A stretch of 64,000 nt of DNA from Neoechinorhynchus agilis (GCA_051530055.1 CM121341.1:5558784-5622783), one strand, 5' to 3'; counted from the stretch's first letter, positions 24,097 to 36,594 are shown. The notes: generated from the sequence alone by a model not told the origin. A program made the numbers and translations.

Positions 24097-24779
24097 CTAT
24101 CTCGTTCTTTGATTTGCACTGTGATCCGGGTGGAAGGAACATGAGTTGGTTAACATATAATTTTTTAATGCATAATCTGCAATTTAATTGCTCGGTAATT
24201 AACGAAGAAAATATCCATGTCCCCGTTTGAGTCCTCACAGCAACACTCGAGTTCTGATTTGTTCAATGAATGCGGTCGTTGATTTTAGAGTGGATAATGG
24301 GTTCGATTGGGTGCGAATATCCTTTCGGGGGATATCCCTTCTTGTTGGAATTGGTGGTTATTGAACGCAGGAGAGTTTGTAAGGTTGGTTTTTCCTCAGA
24401 ATCATTTCGGGTTATGATATCCGAGAGAAGATTGGGCAGTAAGGAAAAAAGGACGAGTGTTGTGTTCGTGTGGAAAGCTATTGCACAATCCGACTAGCAC
24501 GTGACCTTTGAAAGGATCCTCGAGCAGCTACTTGATTAACGCACCACAGAGCCGAAAAAAATGCAATATTCTGATTGTGGTAAACAATAATTGTTAGAAT
24601 TCCTTTATTTATTGCATCGATCGTAATCGAATTCTCATCTGGGCATTGTTTTTCTTAAATTTGCAAATGCAATTAAGCTCGCCACTTTTGCCTCAGTCCA
24701 AGCGATAAAAACTAAATATTTAAACGCTTAACCACTTTGCCGAAAATCAGTGCGCACGTAGACTCGAGGATTGAATATC

Positions 24780-25096
24780 GTGAAATTCGCAACAGTCGAT
24801 CACTGGGTTCTTTGAGTTATCATAATAAATTCTGTTCAGTAGCTATATTCGAGAAATCGATTTGCCCAACGGTTACTATTTTTATAAGTTTTGTCGCTTC
24901 ACGGTAATGAATAGATCGTAAATGCGTTTTTCTAGGCCGTGAAATTCGCAACAGTCGATCACTGGGTTCTTTGAGTTATCATAATAAATTCTGTTCAGTA
25001 GCTATATTCGAGAAATCGATTTGCCCAACGGTTACTATTTTTATAAGTTTTGTCGCTTCACGGCAATGAATAGATCGTAAATGCGTTTTTCTAGGC
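24780..25096. repeat. Tandem duplication, 159-bp unit x2
   Basis: GTGAAATTCGCAACAGTCGATCACTGGG... starts at 24780 and at 24939. Confidence 0.92.
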
Positions 25097-26476
25097 AAAA
25101 GCACCGCTGAGCTACATTAAAACCTGAGATTCGTTGCAGTTTCAGCGGACATCCATGCGTTTTAAGGTTCCGGTACTTTTAATTGTCCCTGCAGAGGTGA
25201 TCGGATAAGTTTGGATGTATGTGAGACAGGGGAGGCCCATATTGATCCTGCTGTTGTCTTGTCCCTACAAATTCAGAGAACATTGATTAAAATACTAGAG
25301 CCTAGAAGCGCCCGACTTGAAGAGAAGATTTCACAAAATCTGAAGGGACGATTTAAACCATCATACTGCGGCCTCCTTTCCCGCCATTGCTTTAGGACTT
25401 AGTTCCGGAAAATAAACAATATTCCAACTATTAAACTTTTTGCGACTCCATTTAGGATTCTGCTCAAATCCATCCCTAACATCCACCAAGAAGCGCCTAA
25501 AACTCATATTGTGCATCACGGCTCACTACTTCTGCTTAGGAGGCTCCTCATCAGCCTACTCAAATGATCCAAAAACTTCCGACGACGCAACTCCTGCTCT
25601 ATATAACGATTAATTGTTCAAAAACTTTCTTTGCGGTGTGGACCTGAACGACTTCGTATACGTCGGTAATTGAGGAAATTATTGCCAGTTCTCTTCTAGT
25701 TCTCCCGATTTTTACCTACAGAGTTTTTAAATGGCATATAAGGTTAAATGGACTCACGGATGCCTAAACAAATCCAGAGAAGATAACAATTTTCGCACTT
25801 CTCAGAGTATTTTTACTTCCATTATCGATAAAACGCTCTTCCTCAACAACCTTGTCAGTCTCTAAGTTCGTTAGAACGTCTTTCAACAGATTTTGAGAAT
25901 TGAAAGTTTTGTTGCTACAGTTCTCTAAGAAGATAAAACTTTATAAGTAACCAACATGAAGCTTAAAACAACCACTCTAGTTTTTGAACAGCTTTCTAGG
26001 CTTAATCACTCCTAAAAAAACCTATTGACGTCCACTACTAGTTCCTACGGATTGTTCCTGCATACTTAATAGCTTCGTGACTACACCTTGCTAGAAATTT
26101 CCGCATTCGCTTTGAGGGGAAACCTCGATCTAGACAAAGTTCACTTCCTTGGACTCGTCTCGTCGAAAACGACACAGGCAATCGTCTTGACATTTGAGAG
26201 AAAAGAGCTTAAATAAATCGATCGCACTTGGGCAAATATTTCTCTAGTGACAAATGAGTCATGGCAACTCAGTTACTTCGACAACTAAGACATGAGCGCG
26301 GATCGACTCATTGGATGCACTTCTTTTTTGAGTGGAGCTGCTTACCTAAGAAATGAGAAGTTTGTCGGTTCTCGTGGAGCAAATGCGTAATTTCAAGGGA
26401 ACAAAAGGTTGGACCAAAAAAGCACTTCTCTCTAATTCCACTTTTTCGTTTAGTTTGTAGCGATCTTGGAAAGCGA

Positions 26477-27572
26477 ATGGTTCATTGGGGATACGAAAGC
26501 TACAATGGGCCCTCCAAATGGGCGACGCTGTTTCCCCAAATAGCCTGTTATTGTAATCAATCACCGATTGACATCGACACGGCCAAAGCGGTGCCACACG
26601 AAAGCTCGGGCGGATTTCGCAGAAATTATTGGAGGTGTGAGAATGCAATGGCAACCAATAATGGTCATTCGTTTGAAGTTTCATGTGCTGATCCAAGATT
26701 CATGAGTAAGTGTCACTTTGAGAGGGATGGGAGTTCCGTTAAATACAACCGTTCTTTGCGTGATTTAGCAATCACTGGGGGACCACTTGGAGATTCTCTC
26801 TATCAATTTAAACAGTTCCATTTTCACTGGGGAGCAAAAGGCGAGCTGGGATCTGAGCACACTATCGATGGTCGCCGGTTTGACGGAGAGGTGATTGATA
26901 TGACTTTAAGGGAACACAGCATTTCCATTTAAAAATAAGATACATTTCGTCCACTGGAATTCATCGGCTTTTGGATCATTTGAAGATGCCGTAAATAGTG
27001 GACAGAGTGATGGGTTGTGTGTCCTGGGAGTCTTATTCAAGGTAAAACGTTAATATATTAGAAAAGCGAAACAAAAGACCCCGCAGGTTGAAGAAAGAAA
27101 TTTGGTCATTAATCAAGCATTCTCACGGTTGGCCAAACGGGCACGCAAAGTACAGCAACTAAAGCAAACTTCACCGTTTACTAGACCTTTGGGTCTCAAG
27201 AAGCTTTTCCCAAGTAAGTCTTTTAAAGGAGAATGAATACCTTAGTAAATCACATTAAGCCAATTTAACTTATTACACTTACTCTGGATCTCTGACAACT
27301 CCCCCTTGTACGGAATGCGTTCGATGGATCGTATACGATCATCCGATCGAAGTAAGATCGAATTGGGTAAGTACGAGAAGGTTCTTCTGAAATTTCAAAG
27401 ACTTAAGATTGACACATTCCGAGCTATGGAACGCAGTACAAATGGCTGTTTGATCGACAGAAACTATCGTCCAATTCAGCCATTGAACGGACGCATTATT
27501 CTCAAGTATTGTGATTGCAGTAAAGAAATAAGCAGCAGCGACAGCAGTAGCAGCAGTAGCAGCGATCGATAA
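26477..27572 (+). CDS. Alpha-carbonic anhydrase, cytosolic type, 6 exons
   Basis: WGY...[56 protein letters not shown]. Five GT-AG introns of 41-63 nt restore the standard alignment, and the Zn-binding His residues are intact. Confidence 0.95.
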
Positions 27573-27682
27573 GTGCATGAGGTGCGCGTATCTAATATAA
27601 ATGCGATTATCCAAGTGCATTTTGAGCTATGGAATAAAATTTCGTGTGTAAAATTTAAACGCGAATATTTTCTTTTTAGACT

Positions 27683-27907
27683 TATTATTTAGAAGTCTTC
27701 ACTTCTTTTTTAAAGAGTTTGTTAAAGACATTCTGCGAACCTTATAGGCTCTTCATCATCAGTTCTAAAATACAAGTTGTTAAATGGTTATTCTGCTCTC
27801 ACACGCTCTTATGGTTGATTGTGTTTTGTATTTCTGAACTGATGATGAACCCGACGAGGTTCATAGAACGCCTTTAATAAACTCTTTTTGAAGGGGTGAA
27901 GACTTCT
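27683..27907. mobile_element. Foldback/MITE family B copy
   Basis: TTATTTAGAAGTCTTCAC...GTGAAGACTTCT arms; the inner arms carry GAACTGATGATGAA. Confidence 0.8.
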
Positions 27908-27930
27908 TACCCCCTCCTCACAAATCGATA

Positions 27931-28670
27931 TTTTCTTTTTAATCATCGACAGAGAAAATCCTTTGGGGTGATTAAGGTATAATTTAAGTGAGCATAATCC
28001 TGGCTATGAATTTGAAATATTTCGCAAATAAAACATTTAAACAATGACTGAAGAGGTGAGGTTTCCACTTTCGAAATATTTCCCAATAATAAAGGAATTT
28101 TTAAATAAGATTATGCCCACGGCCACCATTCAACAATTTTCTTTTTAATCATCGACAGACAAAATCCTTTGGGGTGATTAAGGTATAATTTAAGTGAGCA
28201 TAATCCCGGCCATGAATTTGAAATATTTCGCAAATAAAACATTTAAACAATGACTGAAGAGGTGAGGTTTCCACTTTCGAAATATTTCCCAATAATAAAG
28301 GAATTTTTAAATAAGATTATGTCCACGGACACCATTCAACAATTTTCTTTTTAATCATCGACCGAGAAAATCCTTTGGGGTGATTAAGGTATAATTTAAG
28401 TGAGCATAATCCCGGCCATGAATTTGAAATATTTCGTAAATAAAACACTTAAACAATGACTGATGAGGTGAGGTTTCCACTTTCGAAATATTTCCTAATA
28501 ATAAAGGAATTTTTAAATAAGATTATGTCCACGGCTACCATTCAACAATTTTCTTTTTAATCATCGACAGAGAAAATCCTCTGGGGTGATTAAGGTACAA
28601 TTCTAGTGAGCATAATCCCGACTATGAATTTGAAATATTTCGCAAATAAAACACTTAAACAATGACTGAT
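27931..28670 (+). repeat. Tandem array, ~206-bp unit x3.6, each with a hammerhead-like core
   Basis: TTTTCTTTTTAATCATCGAC recurs at ~27931, 28137, 28344 and 28550. Each full unit contains ACAATGA-CTGA(A/T)GA-GGTGAGGTTTCCACTTTC-GAAA-TATTTC. Confidence 0.9.
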
Positions 28671-30028
28671 GAATTTTAATTTAATTTGACAGATACGATC
28701 TAGAGTTTATCTATTTGCCTAACTGTCGCCGTTTTACGGCTTCAACTGAACAATCTAAAATGTGAGGCGGGACGAGTCGCATTTGTCAAATTAAAATTAA
28801 GACATGCGCCTGGAGAATCAAGCAGCGATTCACGCTATTATAATGACTGATAAGGTGAGGTTTAATCTTTCGGAATATTTCAACCAAAACTATACATATT
28901 TTCTTTTTAATAGGACGACCAAGGCTTACGATTGGTTATTTAAAAAAAGATTTGAAAAAATATTCGCATTTAGTGAATTAGATGGAGATTTATAAATTCA
29001 TTCACCTTTAACAATTCTGGCCCCACTTTTGGTTTTGCGCACAAAATGCTTTAAACAAGGGGAATTGATGAGTTTTTGGGGATGCTCTTTCCAACGCTTT
29101 TGCTCATCAATTACTATTTTTTTACTCAAACCAATGTTTTTGCGCCAAAACATAAGTAAACACCGCGAACATCCGTATTGCAGCCGTGGTGTAAGCGAAT
29201 TAAGTGTTTTATGGTTTTATAAAATTTTGTAGAATAAATAAGCCAACATAATATCCGTCGTTTGAATCCAAACTTGTTTTTTCTTGTCTAGTTCTATTTT
29301 ATAATGAAAACACCCCGCAAACACAATTCCTTTTATTTTTTAGGTAATTTTGTTCAGCATTGGACGCCATTTTTGTGTGGCATCTTTAATTTTAAAGGAG
29401 ATAATTTACTTATGAATCCTTTGTAGGCAGAACTTCCCAGGGCAATCTCTGGAATAAAAAAGCGAGGCTGGGAATATCTCAAGTTTTCCAGAAACACAAT
29501 TCGTATTTATGCGTGTTCATGACAAATGTCGCCAATGATGAGTGGCACAAACATATTAAACAGATTGTCATCTACGATTATTCTTGGAATTCCATTGGTG
29601 TATTTGTCGACATCTTTTTCTTAAAAACGGTGAGAAAATTGCGATTTACGGACGTATTTGAATTTCGGTGGGGGAAGATACTTTCTTTTTTTCGTAAAAA
29701 AATCACTAATTTATATTTAGTTTTTTTAGAGCGAATTATCAAATAATTGATTTATTTTTATTTGATAATTCATCTCTCGGGTAATTCCGACATTTCAAGA
29801 GAGAGAAAGTTACGAAGCTGTTTTTTGTAGAGTTCGTTAGAAATAAAATACCGGGGAAATAAATTGATTGAATCAGTCATTGTCAATTCAATTGTTTTCA
29901 GTCGGAATACACATTCTTCTCTTTAACGATCTCCCTCGGATGTCGACAAGCGACATAACAAATAAAAATTAGTGAACTTTTGGTGAAAATGATTCCCCGG
30001 CCACACAAAGATATTTGGTTTATAGAGT

Positions 30029-30292
30029 AAATATTTCGCAGAGGAGGTAACCTCGCCTCCTCAGTCATCTAAAAATGGGTTTTACACATTAAGGTTTTAA
30101 TCATCGACAAAGAAAATCCTTCGGGTTAGTCAAAGTTTATAATTTTGGGGAAAATAATCCGCCGGTCATAACTTATTTGATTTATTGGAGATATTTCGCG
30201 AGGAGGTAATCTCGCCTTATCAGTCATTGTTTCGCAGGTTTGTCACTTCCGAAACAATGACTGATGAGGTTACCTCCTCGCGAAATATCCAC
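30029..30292. mobile_element. Family A-related cluster: three hammerhead-like cores, two of them head-to-head
   Basis: Minus-strand cores at ~30029-30068 and ~30188-30230; plus-strand core CTGATGA...GAAATATC at 30261-30289. Confidence 0.6.
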
Positions 30293-30630
30293 AATAAATC
30301 AAATATGCTATTATCGGGAGTATTTTCACCAAAAGTATGTTGAGGTTTTATGCTCGGGTGCGCTCGGGATCGTTAAACCCGAAGTTCGGCACCATAAATC
30401 CGTTCGAATTAACCCGAACGATTTTTAATCAATAAATTGGTGAACTTGAATCCGAAGAGATTATTCATTATAGCTTCAGTTTCAATTAGCGATGTTTGAT
30501 TCAGAAATAGATTTATATTGAAAATTTTCGGCCTTTTCGTTAGCCTTCTTCAGTCAAATATTTTCGGCAGAAGAAGGTGTGTACGAAGACGGAAAATCAA
30601 TTATTTGATAATTCGCCATAGAAAGGAAAA

Positions 30631-30933
30631 CTAATAAGAACCAATGTTTTGCGTTCTTACTGATTGTGCCGCCAGATTGTTACATGGAGGAAATCTCCTT
30701 TCTGCCGTGCCTTCGTCGCTCCATATAAATGCATCGTTATTCGAAGCTCCCGCCATCGCTCGGTTGCGCATCTCCTTTTTTCGGTTGCTCTTAATGCGCT
30801 CCGTGAGTTTTTCATTGATTTTGGACGCTAATCGATGTAATTCGTCCAGATTCGACAAAGCTTCTTTTTCCACATTGTAGATTTTGGTCATGATCGCCTC
30901 ACGTGTACTTCCGAGACTATTGTCCGTTCCCAT
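30631..30933 (-). CDS. Hypothetical small coiled-coil protein
   Basis: 100-aa ATG ORF with a charged helical N-half (EKEALSNLDELHRLASKINEKLTERIK). No family recognised. Confidence 0.45.
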   Translation of the reverse strand: MGTDNSLGSTREAIMTKIYNVEKEALSNLDELHRLASKINEKLTERIKSNRKKEMRNRAMAGASNNDAFIWSDEGTAERRFPPCNNLAAQSVRTQNIGSY

Positions 30934-32884
30934 GAGATCCGTTCATTTAACCAACCTGAGCAGAGGTTAAATTTAATTTTTTTTAAATTCAAAGAACTTT
31001 TGTGCGAGTGTAGAACTCAAGCCATTACGAATGGCAGCCTTGTCGCCTACAATGACAACGGGCAACATTCAAAAGTGGCTTCATGGAGAAGGCGATAAGA
31101 TCGAAGCCGGTGATGCGTATTGTGACATTGAGACCGATAAGGCGGTAGTCGGCCTTGATTGCATGGATGACTCCGTTCTCGTTAAAATTGTGGTCAGTTT
31201 TTAATTGGAAACAAACCCCGCTTTGCTCATGAATATTTTGAACACTTTTAGAAACCAGAGGGATCACGTGGAGTACAGATTGGTGAATTGATTGGATGGA
31301 TAGCCGATCCAAAAGATGACATTAAAAAATTGAAGATTCCTGATACGGATCCGGAACCGCCACAATTAGACGGTCAATCGCCTGATACCATTGTCGATAA
31401 ATACCAATTTGATATGGGATCGGAGAGGTCTGCGCTTGAATGTTAGACTCAACCAGAGGAATAAATCTTTAATGGTTTAGTTCATCCCTTGATTTGATTG
31501 GATATTTAAAAAAGTGTGGAATAACATTCACCGATGAAGGCGCTGTAGCTTCGAGTCTAAGAGAACCCACGTTTAGAACCGTGCCAGTTAGCACAATTCG
31601 ATCAATCGTCGCTTCCAGACTTTCTCTTAGCAAGGTTTGGTCGAAAGTTAGCCACACAATACAAAATGAGATAACCACGTCTTCGAAAACATCTAAGGAA
31701 CACAGACAATGAACGAAGGAATCGTCGTCGCTAGATTCGTTAGGCTCGGTTGTGTACTTTTGGATTTATGGTTATCATATTCCCCCTCCCTGAATGCGAG
31801 GCTTCCTTATGATGACCATAAATCCAACTATTCCGAATGATTGCATCTTTATATCTGCGATATTTGAAACTCAAAATATCGATATGTTACGAATTATTGT
31901 TTAGAAGTCTTCACCCGCGGTAAATAACGTTTTTTTTCGATTAAAGACCGGTTGAAGACTTCTAAACAATTATTTTGGTTGAGGTTTACGCCTATCCAAC
32001 AGAATACTATTAGTAGTTTCCTTTAAAAAACAATTCGATTACACACATCGATCGTCGTCTGTTTCACGGATGTTGTCCGAAGAAGATGATTTTGTTGGCA
32101 CGTCTCTGAATAAATTCTTACAACAGTCCTCCATTCCGCATGAATATGGTTCGATAGACTGTTCAATGGACGCCGTAGTCAAGTTAAGGAAGCAGTTAAA
32201 TACCAAAGATGCATCAGTTAAGATATCGGTCAATGATTTTGTAATCGCCGCTGTTGCTCAAGCTCTAAAGGTCATCATTGTTTTCGAACTAAGGTAAACC
32301 GAACGCGCACGTTCTCAGTTAGTACCTGCGATGAATGCAACATTTGAGAAGAACAAGCATCAAGTGAAAGGCGACGTAGATGTAGCCGTTGCTGTCTCAA
32401 TTCCTGACGGACTCATTACACCAGTCATTCGAAAAGCAAATACATTATCGTTAGCTCAAATTTCGAAACAGATAAAGGTGCGCGCGCGAGCGATTAAACA
32501 TTTCATCTTATAATTTCTTAATAGGAACTCGCAGCTAAAGCACGAGAACGACGTCTAAAACCACAAGAGTTCCAGAACAGCTCGTTCACGTAAAATAGCA
32601 CTTTTTACACAATCCAAATAGTCTCCACTTTTGCTTTCAGGGTGTCGAATCTTGGCATGTTCGGGATTCGCTCCTTTTCTGCTGTTATTAATCCTCCAGA
32701 AGTAGGGATTTTAGCAATCGGTACCAGTCGGCCTTTTCCACTGCCAAATCAATCACGGGTGGATAATCGCATGTTCACAACGTTGTCTTATGATGCAAGA
32801 GCAATCAGTCCACAAACGGCGTCTATTTTCATGAATCACGTGAAGAACTTTATTGAAAAACCGGAACAACTGGTAAGAGCGTAA
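30890..32884 (+). CDS. PDHX: Pyruvate dehydrogenase complex E3-binding protein (PDHX-like), 7 exons
   Basis: Transit-peptide-like [18 protein letters not shown], a lipoyl domain ([12 protein letters not shown]...GD....DIETDKA), and an E2-like core ([38 protein letters not shown]). SYDARAI stands where catalytic E2 has DHR. All six introns are GT-AG. Confidence 0.88.
31891..31972. mobile_element. Internally deleted foldback family B copy in a PDHX intron
   Basis: GAATTATTGTTTAGAAGTCTTCA...TGAAGACTTCTAAACAAT. Confidence 0.8.
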
Positions 32885-32943
32885 ACTTTTTTTAAAGACT
32901 ATTGGAATAAAACTCTGAGTCGTTTCAATCAATACCAACACAG

Positions 32944-34385
32944 ATCATCATTAAGTTTAAGTCTATCCCTTATTGTCCAGCTTATTATTTAAGCATAAAG
33001 TCAAACCAATTACATCAGAGAAGTGATATAACCACATAGTCTCTCTAATACACACGGTAAAGAGTTTGTACATTCGTCCGGATTCTCAGATACCTCCCCA
33101 GGAGGAGGTGGGACTCATCAGTGAGTTTCCTCTTCCTTCCAACGAGATATTTTGTCCCTTTGATTGTGGGTCATTGGCAATAACGGATTCGAACCTTGAT
33201 CCTTAACTACCTCGACACAACTACGGATCAAACTCAGCCATTTTCGACTCAGGATGAGCGCTGTATTCATTTTAAGTTTTACTGGCAAGCCAGTTAGTTT
33301 CATATCATCATTAAGTTTTAGTTTGTCCCTATTGTCCAGCTTATTTTTTAGGCATAAAGCCAAACCAATTACATCAGAGATATAACCACATATCTCTCTA
33401 ATACACACGGTAAGATTTGTACATTCGTCCGGTTCTCAGATACCTCCCAGGAGGAGGTGGGACTCATCAGTGAGTTTCCTCTTCCTTCCAACGAGATATT
33501 TTGTCCCCTTTGATTGTGGGTCATTGGCAATAACGGATTCGAACCAGTTGATCCTTAACTACCTCGACACAACTACGGAATGTCAAACTCAGCCAGTTTT
33601 TCGACTCAGGATGAGCGCTGTATTCCATTTTAAGTTTTACTGGCAAGCCAGTTAGTTTCATATCATCATTAAGTTTTAGTTTGTCCCTTATTGTCCAGCT
33701 TATTTTTTAGGCATAAAGTCAAATCAATTACATCGGAGAAGTGATATAACCACATAGTCTCTCTAATACACACGGTAAAGAGTTTGTACATTCGTCCGGA
33801 TTCTCAGATACCTCCCCAGGAGGAGGTGGGACTCATCAGTGAGTTTCCTCTTCCTTTCAACGAGATACTTTGTCCCTTTGATTGTGGGTCATTGGCGGAA
33901 GCCGATTCGAACCAGTCGATCCTTAACTACCTCTTCACAACTACGGAATGTCAAACTCAGCCATTTTTCGACTCAGGATGAGGGCTGTATTCCATTTTAA
34001 GTTTTACTGGCAAGCCAGTTAGTTTCATATCATCATTAAGTTTAAGTCTATCCCTTATTGTCCAGCTTATTATTTAAGCATAAAGTCAAACCAATTACAT
34101 CAGAGAAGTGATATAACCACATAATCTCTCTAATACACACGGTAAAGAGTTTGTACATTCGTCCGGATTCTCAGATACCTCCCCAGGAGGAGGTGGGACT
34201 CATCAGTGAGTTTCCTCTTCCTTTCAACGAGATACTTTGTCCCTTTGATTGTGGGTCATTGGCGGAAGCCGATTCGAACCAGTCGATCCTTAACTACCTC
34301 TTCACAACTACGGAATGTCAAACTCAGCCATTTTTCGACTCAGGATGAGCGCTGTATTCCATTTTAAGTTTTACTGGCAAGCCGG
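32944..34385 (-). mobile_element. Tandem array (~360-367 bp x4) of a tRNA-derived SINE-like element plus flank
   Basis: The minus strand has A-box-like GTAGTTGTGTCGAGGTAGTTAAGG (tRNA-Ser/Leu-like) and B-box GGTTCGAATCC. Dispersed relatives lie at 40183-40387 and 5255-5340. Confidence 0.8.
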
Positions 34386-35299
34386 TACACCTAAACATTA
34401 GATTGCACACATTTCGGAATCTCAGATTTAAAGCCTTGTTTCCGAATTCTTATTCTTTTGCCATTTGGGTTGAAAGTAAGAAAGCAATATAATCTAGCCA
34501 ACACAAAAAAACACGACCTAATAAAAGATCATGGACATTTATCTCTTCAAGCAAAACATGAGTGAAGAAGAGTTTATCTAACAAATTAATGAAAATTATC
34601 AGGTTTTGCTTTTAATCGTTTACAAACATGTTCTCGAAATTTGATTTAGCACTTCAGCATCAAGTGAATGACTGTAATTTGAGAATGAGTGGCTCGAATG
34701 TGGGAAAAATAACTCATCTTCTATATATTTTGGACTAGACATATTAAAATGAAGAGAACAACACAAACTTCATTTAACAACTCATAAATGGAAACTAAAA
34801 ACTTGTCGTGTACTTCTGTATGCGATCGTGAAGATAAGATTCGAGTCAGTGGCCGGAGAAAGAAGTGGTCCACGGAGTCGAATGTTTTCGATAATTCAAG
34901 TTGAGTGAGAGACTGAAAAGGGTTATTGTCGAGGTTGTGCCCAGGAACGTGTCACAAAAGCAAAGTAGTGCATCCGTTTCAGAAAATTTGTGTCAAAAAC
35001 CGAAGTTGCACCACGGAGCGGAATTGGTATGCTTTTTAAATTGCTTTTATTAATGCAAAGTCGGGTGACACGATAAATGGGACGTTTTAGTATAAAATAA
35101 AAGCTTTTAAAAGAAAGATGCGACAAAAAAGATTTGGATTTAATAGTCTGCAACTTTTTCATGAGAATCAGAAGAAATAAAACCTGATTTCCGGTGCTCC
35201 ATTATGAATCCGAACCATTTGCGATCCATAGAAGTTCGTTCCTCCGGTCATCGTTGATGATTAAAATTTTAATTTAGTAAATGTGAGCTTCTGCGAATA

Positions 35300-36030
35300 A
35301 TCACGGATGCAGACAACCTTGCCCACGTCTTTCGCTGGTTCTGGCATTAGACGTACGAGTGACCTTGCTTTACCCTCCTCGCGAGTCGTGAACACTCGAA
35401 GAAAGTTTTCGATGAGGTTAATGAAAGACATTTCACAGAAGCCTTGGCTCTTCACTGACCGGATTGGATCAGCCTCCAGGGCAATCTTTGGACTCACAGC
35501 TCGTTCATCAGGTTTACAACCCTTTAATGAGGATGAGAGGTCCAGAATTCGACTGCTGGCTTTTCTACCAAAGAATAGGGAATCATGGCTCGAAGCTTTG
35601 CTTAATGAACATCTCAATTTCCTCCGGTTCGGATTGAATATCTGCATCATCCTGCACCAATGTTGTTGTGGCTCACATGTAGACGAAACTGCACATAATT
35701 AGCATAGCTTTGTCCCGCATTAACATTCCCAGCATCCTCGAGCCAAGCAATCTTAGACGCCTCGCTGAAAAACGTCCGGACGAAGTAATCGCCTTCCCCT
35801 GGACTTATGTATCATTGGCCAATAGTAACTTCGAAGTTGTCGCCACTGCTGCAAAACGAAGGAAAGTTGCCAAATACAGCAACTTCGCTCTGTTCGGCGT
35901 CAAAACCTATGAGTCGTTGGAGGAGACGGCCTTGGCACTAACCAATTAAATAGGTCTGCGGTGCCAAAACAATAGTCTCGCCATGCAGTGGGGAAACGCC
36001 GCGAGCATCCGTATGGCGGCCGTGATGTGA
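35300..36030 (+). mobile_element. Decayed CRE-clade non-LTR retrotransposon, 3' part (post-RT linker, CCHC knuckle, REL endonuclease)
   Basis: Across frames: GSGIRRTSDLALP, RIRLLA...ESWLEA...LRFGLNIC..HQCCCG.HVD, PSILEPSNL...KRPD...FPW, AAKRRKVAKY...FGVKTY, and QNNSLAMQWGNAASI. Broken by stops and frameshifts. Confidence 0.85.
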
Positions 36031-36594
36031 TCGGGCATATCACTTCGTCCCTTTCGGCGTTGAAACACTCGGTGCCTTCGGTGCTGAAACCAAGAACTCC
36101 ACGACGGATCTGTCAAGGAAGATGAGGATCGCAACCGGAGAACCAAGAGCAGGAACGCTCTTCCTACAAAACATAGATCTCACGATCCAGCGCGGCAACG
36201 CTGCAAGTGTCCTTGCGACGGTTCCGAGTGGCGAAGAGATGGATCTGGGAAGTTTGTGAAATCGACAATAAAGATTTTATAAAATTTTGTAGAATGTAAT
36301 GTCCGAAAACTCTTCAGGTGACCACGCTCCATGATTACATTAGCCATTATGAGCGCCTTAGCAGCAGCATTCGGAGTGAAGTGTGTTAAAGAAGCGACAT
36401 CGAATACAGATTCAATGGTTACAATTTTTGGTGTGGGAGGTGGAGGGATAACGGGAAAAGGGGGACTTGTTTGTGTTAACGGAAGAAAGAGCGGCTTCAC
36501 GAGCTTTGTTCGAATTGGTGCGTCTTTTGAATGGAGAAAACATTTTTGTCTATGATTGTGTTGTTGATTAAATTGAAGTTTGTTTTCCTTAAAG

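Noticed and set aside
25380-26200. Possible decayed LINE reverse transcriptase (also considered at 8050-8700)
   Set aside because: No RT motifs could be read in the correct order.
33063-33240. U1 snRNA, RNase P/MRP or an intact tRNA
   Set aside because: Only short motif resemblances; no Sm site, P4 helix or complete cloverleaf.
36331-36555. TIFGVGGGG motif resembling the FtsZ/tubulin N-terminus, and the opposite-strand Pro-rich ORF 36180-36632
   Set aside because: Neither has further family motifs or a credible start or splice model, so they are left unannotated.
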